This document shows, in pieces, positions 25,375 through 29,578 of a stretch of DNA of 29,578 bases (within the stretch, counting starts at the first letter, position 1; every line of letters begins with the position of its first letter). The DNA is from Candidatus Iainarchaeum sp. (lineage in GTDB: Archaea > Iainarchaeota > Iainarchaeia > Iainarchaeales > CSSED10-239): contig CALBUD010000043.1 of NCBI GenBank assembly GCA_937968065.1, forward strand, positions 1-29,578, in the 5' to 3' direction. Made by a program: the position numbers and the translations under genes. The notes beneath the pieces are model-generated. The model saw only the letters and a list, made by a program, of their open reading frames with translations. It did no database searches and had not been told where the DNA came from.

Positions 25375-25764
25375 ATGGTTAAATGGTTTATTTATAAAGA
25401 TGTTCTTGAAAGCATAATGGAGTTTTCAAAAAGCTTTTATCCTAATGAATTTTCAGGAATGCTTTATTCTAAAGATAATATTATTGAAGATATATATATA
25501 ATTCCTCAAACAAAGAGCAATTATAACTCTGCTGTTATTCGTTTAGATTTAGTTCCTATGTCTTTTTATGTAAACGGCTCTGTTCATTCACACCCTACAC
25601 CAAATGGAGATCCTTCAAATGCTGATCTTTCTTTTTTTCAATCAAAGGATATAAATATTATAGCCTACTACCCTTTTTCTTTATCTTCTTTTAAAGCTTA
25701 TAATTCTTTTGGAAAAGAGGTGTGTTTAGAGGTAATAATACGCGAAGAAAACAAAAATTTATAA
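25375..25764 (+). CDS. Minimal stand-alone JAB/MPN (JAMM) metalloprotease domain protein
   Basis: 129 aa. Upstream Glu 'NEFSGML' and JAMM motif 'HSHPTPNGDPSNADL' (HxHx7Sx2D). Confidence 0.8.
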   Translation: MVKWFIYKDVLESIMEFSKSFYPNEFSGMLYSKDNIIEDIYIIPQTKSNYNSAVIRLDLVPMSFYVNGSVHSHPTPNGDPSNADLSFFQSKDINIIAYYPFSLSSFKAYNSFGKEVCLEVIIREENKNL

Positions 25765-25857
25765 ATCTTTTTACACAAATGTTATAAACTTTTTGCACCA
25801 TTAGTTATTTTAGAGCTATTTTTTACTATTTTTTAAAAAAAGGAGGCAAGAAGACTT

Positions 25858-26418
25858 ATGTCAAACAATACAGAGAAAAAAGAAGAGATTGCAAAAAATG
25901 ATGTTTTAGAAGAGAAAGATTCTTTAGAAGAAAAAGATCCTTTAGAAGAAAATGATTTTTTAGAAAAAACAAAAGAAGATGAATCTTTAAAAAAAATAAA
26001 TTATTTAGAAGATCAATTAAAACGAACACTTGCAGATTTTTCAAATTATAAAAAAAGAATTGAAAAAGATTTAGAACAAATAAATTTTAATGAAAATTCA
26101 AAAATAATAATTGAATTTTTATCTTTTAAAGAAATTTTAGAAAAAGCAATTGAACATGAACAAAACATTCAAGCAAAAAAAAACTTAGAAGAGTTAAATA
26201 ATAATTTTGAAAATATTCTAAAAAGATTAAATATAAAAAAAATAAATCTTAAAGATACAGTTTACGATTATAATTTTGCAGAATGTATACAAACAATAAA
26301 AACAAATAAACAAGAAGAAAATAATAAAATAAAAGAAGTTATTGAAAACGCATATACTTATAAAGAAAAAATAATAAAACCAGGAAAAGTAATAATTAAT
26401 ATTTTTACGGAGGAATAA
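25858..26418 (+). CDS. grpE: Nucleotide exchange factor GrpE
   Basis: 186 aa. 'LKRTLADFSNYKKRIEKD' is the GrpE signature. C-terminal beta domain 'VIENAYTYKEKIIKPGKVII'. AGGAGG SD upstream. Confidence 0.9.
   Translation: MSNNTEKKEEIAKNDVLEEKDSLEEKDPLEENDFLEKTKEDESLKKINYLEDQLKRTLADFSNYKKRIEKDLEQINFNENSKIIIEFLSFKEILEKAIEHEQNIQAKKNLEELNNNFENILKRLNIKKINLKDTVYDYNFAECIQTIKTNKQEENNKIKEVIENAYTYKEKIIKPGKVIINIFTEE
25900..25971 (+). repeat. In-frame 18-nt tandem repeat x4 in the 5' part of grpE, encoding D-x-L-E-E-K
   Basis: Units: gatgttttagaagagaaa / gattctttagaagaaaaa / gatcctttagaagaaaat / gattttttagaaaaaaca. They encode DVLEEK DSLEEK DPLEEN DFLEKT. Confidence 0.9.
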
Positions 26419-28290
<1,872 letters not shown>

Positions 28291-28334
28291 TTTTTCTTCT
28301 CTTTTTATTTTTTTAAAAAAAGATTTGATAATTT

Positions 28335-29486
28335 ATGGCAGATAAAGATTACTATTCTATTTTAGGTGTTTCAAAAGATGCTTCTTTAGAAGATATAAAA
28401 AAAGCATATAAAAGCTTAGCAAAAAAATATCATCCAGATCTTGCAGGACAGGACGCTGATCCTGAAAAATTTAAAGAGATAAGTAATGCTTATTCTGTTT
28501 TATCTGATTCTGAAAAAAGAAAACAATATGATTCTTTTGGACATGATGCTTTTTCAAAAGGGTATGCGGGAAATGCTGGACAAGGCTTTTCTGGATTCTC
28601 TCAAGGCTTTGGTTTTGATTTTTCAGATATTTTTTCATCCTTTATGGATGATGATGATAGTGGTTTTTTCTCTCAGTTTACAGGAAAATCTAGAAGAGAG
28701 AGAGGAGAGAGAAGAAAAAACTTAAATCTTGTTTATAATTTAGAAATTCCTTTTAAAACATCTGTTCTTGGAGGAAAAGAAAAAATTGAATTTTATAAAG
28801 ATATTGAATGTTCTTACTGTGCTGGAACAGGATCTATTGATATGCAAAAAGATGTTTGTCCTACCTGTAAAGGAAAAGGAAGAACAGTTAACACAAGAAG
28901 AACTCCTTTTGGTATGTTTTCTGTAGAATCTGTTTGTTCAACTTGTAAAGGACAAGGAAATGTTATAAAAAACCCATGTTCTAAATGTTCTGCAAAAGGA
29001 TTTGTAAAAGATAAAAAAACATTAACTGTTGATATTCCACAAGGAATTAATACTGGAGATGTTATGCGTTTAAGAGAACAAGGGCATAACCATCAAGGAG
29101 TTAAAGGAGATCTTTTTTTAAACATCTCTGTTAAAGAACATTCTTTTTTTAAAAGAAAAGATTTTGATCTTTATTGTGAAGTTCCAATTACTTTTTCTGA
29201 CTTAGTTTTAGGAACAACTATAAAAATAAATAATTTTAAAGATAATATAAAATTAAAAATTCCTGCTGGAACAAAAGATAATACTGTTTTTAAGTTAAAA
29301 GATAAAGGAATCTCTGTTGTTAACAAAAGATATTCTTACGGAGATCTTTTTGTTAAAGTTTATGCATATGTTCCAGAAAAAGTTGACTCTGATTTAAAGA
29401 AAAAATTAAAAGAAATAAATGATATTGAAAAAGAAGCTATTAAAAAACATTTTTCAAAAGAAAAAGAAGAATTTATAGATTATTAG
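28335..29486 (+). CDS. dnaJ: Hsp40 co-chaperone DnaJ (type I: J domain, G/F region, four CxxCxGxG zinc motifs)
   Basis: 383 aa. 'DYYSILGV...KKYHPD', a G/F-rich linker, and 'CSYCAGTG', 'CPTCKGKG', 'CSTCKGQG', 'CSKCSAKG'. Confidence 0.95.
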   Translation: MADKDYYSILGVSKDASLEDIKKAYKSLAKKYHPDLAGQDADPEKFKEISNAYSVLSDSEKRKQYDSFGHDAFSKGYAGNAGQGFSGFSQGFGFDFSDIFSSFMDDDDSGFFSQFTGKSRRERGERRKNLNLVYNLEIPFKTSVLGGKEKIEFYKDIECSYCAGTGSIDMQKDVCPTCKGKGRTVNTRRTPFGMFSVESVCSTCKGQGNVIKNPCSKCSAKGFVKDKKTLTVDIPQGINTGDVMRLREQGHNHQGVKGDLFLNISVKEHSFFKRKDFDLYCEVPITFSDLVLGTTIKINNFKDNIKLKIPAGTKDNTVFKLKDKGISVVNKRYSYGDLFVKVYAYVPEKVDSDLKKKLKEINDIEKEAIKKHFSKEKEEFIDY

Positions 29487-29515
29487 TTTTTTTATAATTT
29501 TTTTCAATTTTTTTT
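29487..29515 (+). terminator. Three oligo-T tracts (T7, T7, T8) after dnaJ
   Basis: Read directly after the TAG stop at 29484-29486. Confidence 0.35.
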
Positions 29516-29578
29516 ATAATATCTTTAAAAATAACAATACCTTTATAATGATAATATAAATAGGACTAATAGGGTATG

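Noticed and set aside
25792-25819. Possible CIRCE (HrcA operator) upstream of grpE
   Set aside because: It matches only ~6/9 positions in each half-site, the two halves are not a good inverted repeat of each other, and no hrcA is present. At most it is a decayed remnant.
25856-26044. 62-aa minus-strand ORF opposite the grpE 5' end
   Set aside because: It is an artefact of the 18-nt tandem repeat, which gives a repetitive L/F/K product.

Overview
Strongly AT-rich, gene-dense archaeal chromosomal fragment with 31 credible CDS. I saw no rRNA, tRNA, CRISPR array, transposase or reverse transcriptase. Archaeal hallmarks are present: RFC small subunit, Cdc48, XerA, Lrp/AsnC, an archaeal-type methylthiotransferase and class III signal peptides. 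A bacterial-type grpE-dnaK-dnaJ operon sits beside them. The K/I/N-rich proteins, tight spacing and lack of biosynthetic genes fit a reduced-genome (DPANN-like) archaeon, but taxonomy cannot be proven from this window. The left third (1-14.9 kb) is housekeeping: PRC-barrel protein, XerA, a cobA-nrdJ-dut dNTP module, Cdc48, type IA topoisomerase, Lrp, a radical-SAM MTTase, membrane proteins and RfcS. The centre (14895-24573) is the main candidate for something new. It is a compact Epd/Tad-like type IV pilus locus with a FlaI/PilB-family ATPase and a platform split into two single-T2SSF genes. It also has six prepilins sharing a K-[GA]-Q-x-[SA]-[LI]-E class III signal motif, two of them Flp-sized and four with Cys-paired globular domains. 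An A24 GxGD prepilin peptidase carries a large insertion. Three translationally coupled membrane genes of unknown function follow. The right end carries an SDR, a minimal JAMM protease and grpE-dnaK-dnaJ. All calls rest on motif reading of the supplied translations; no database search was possible.
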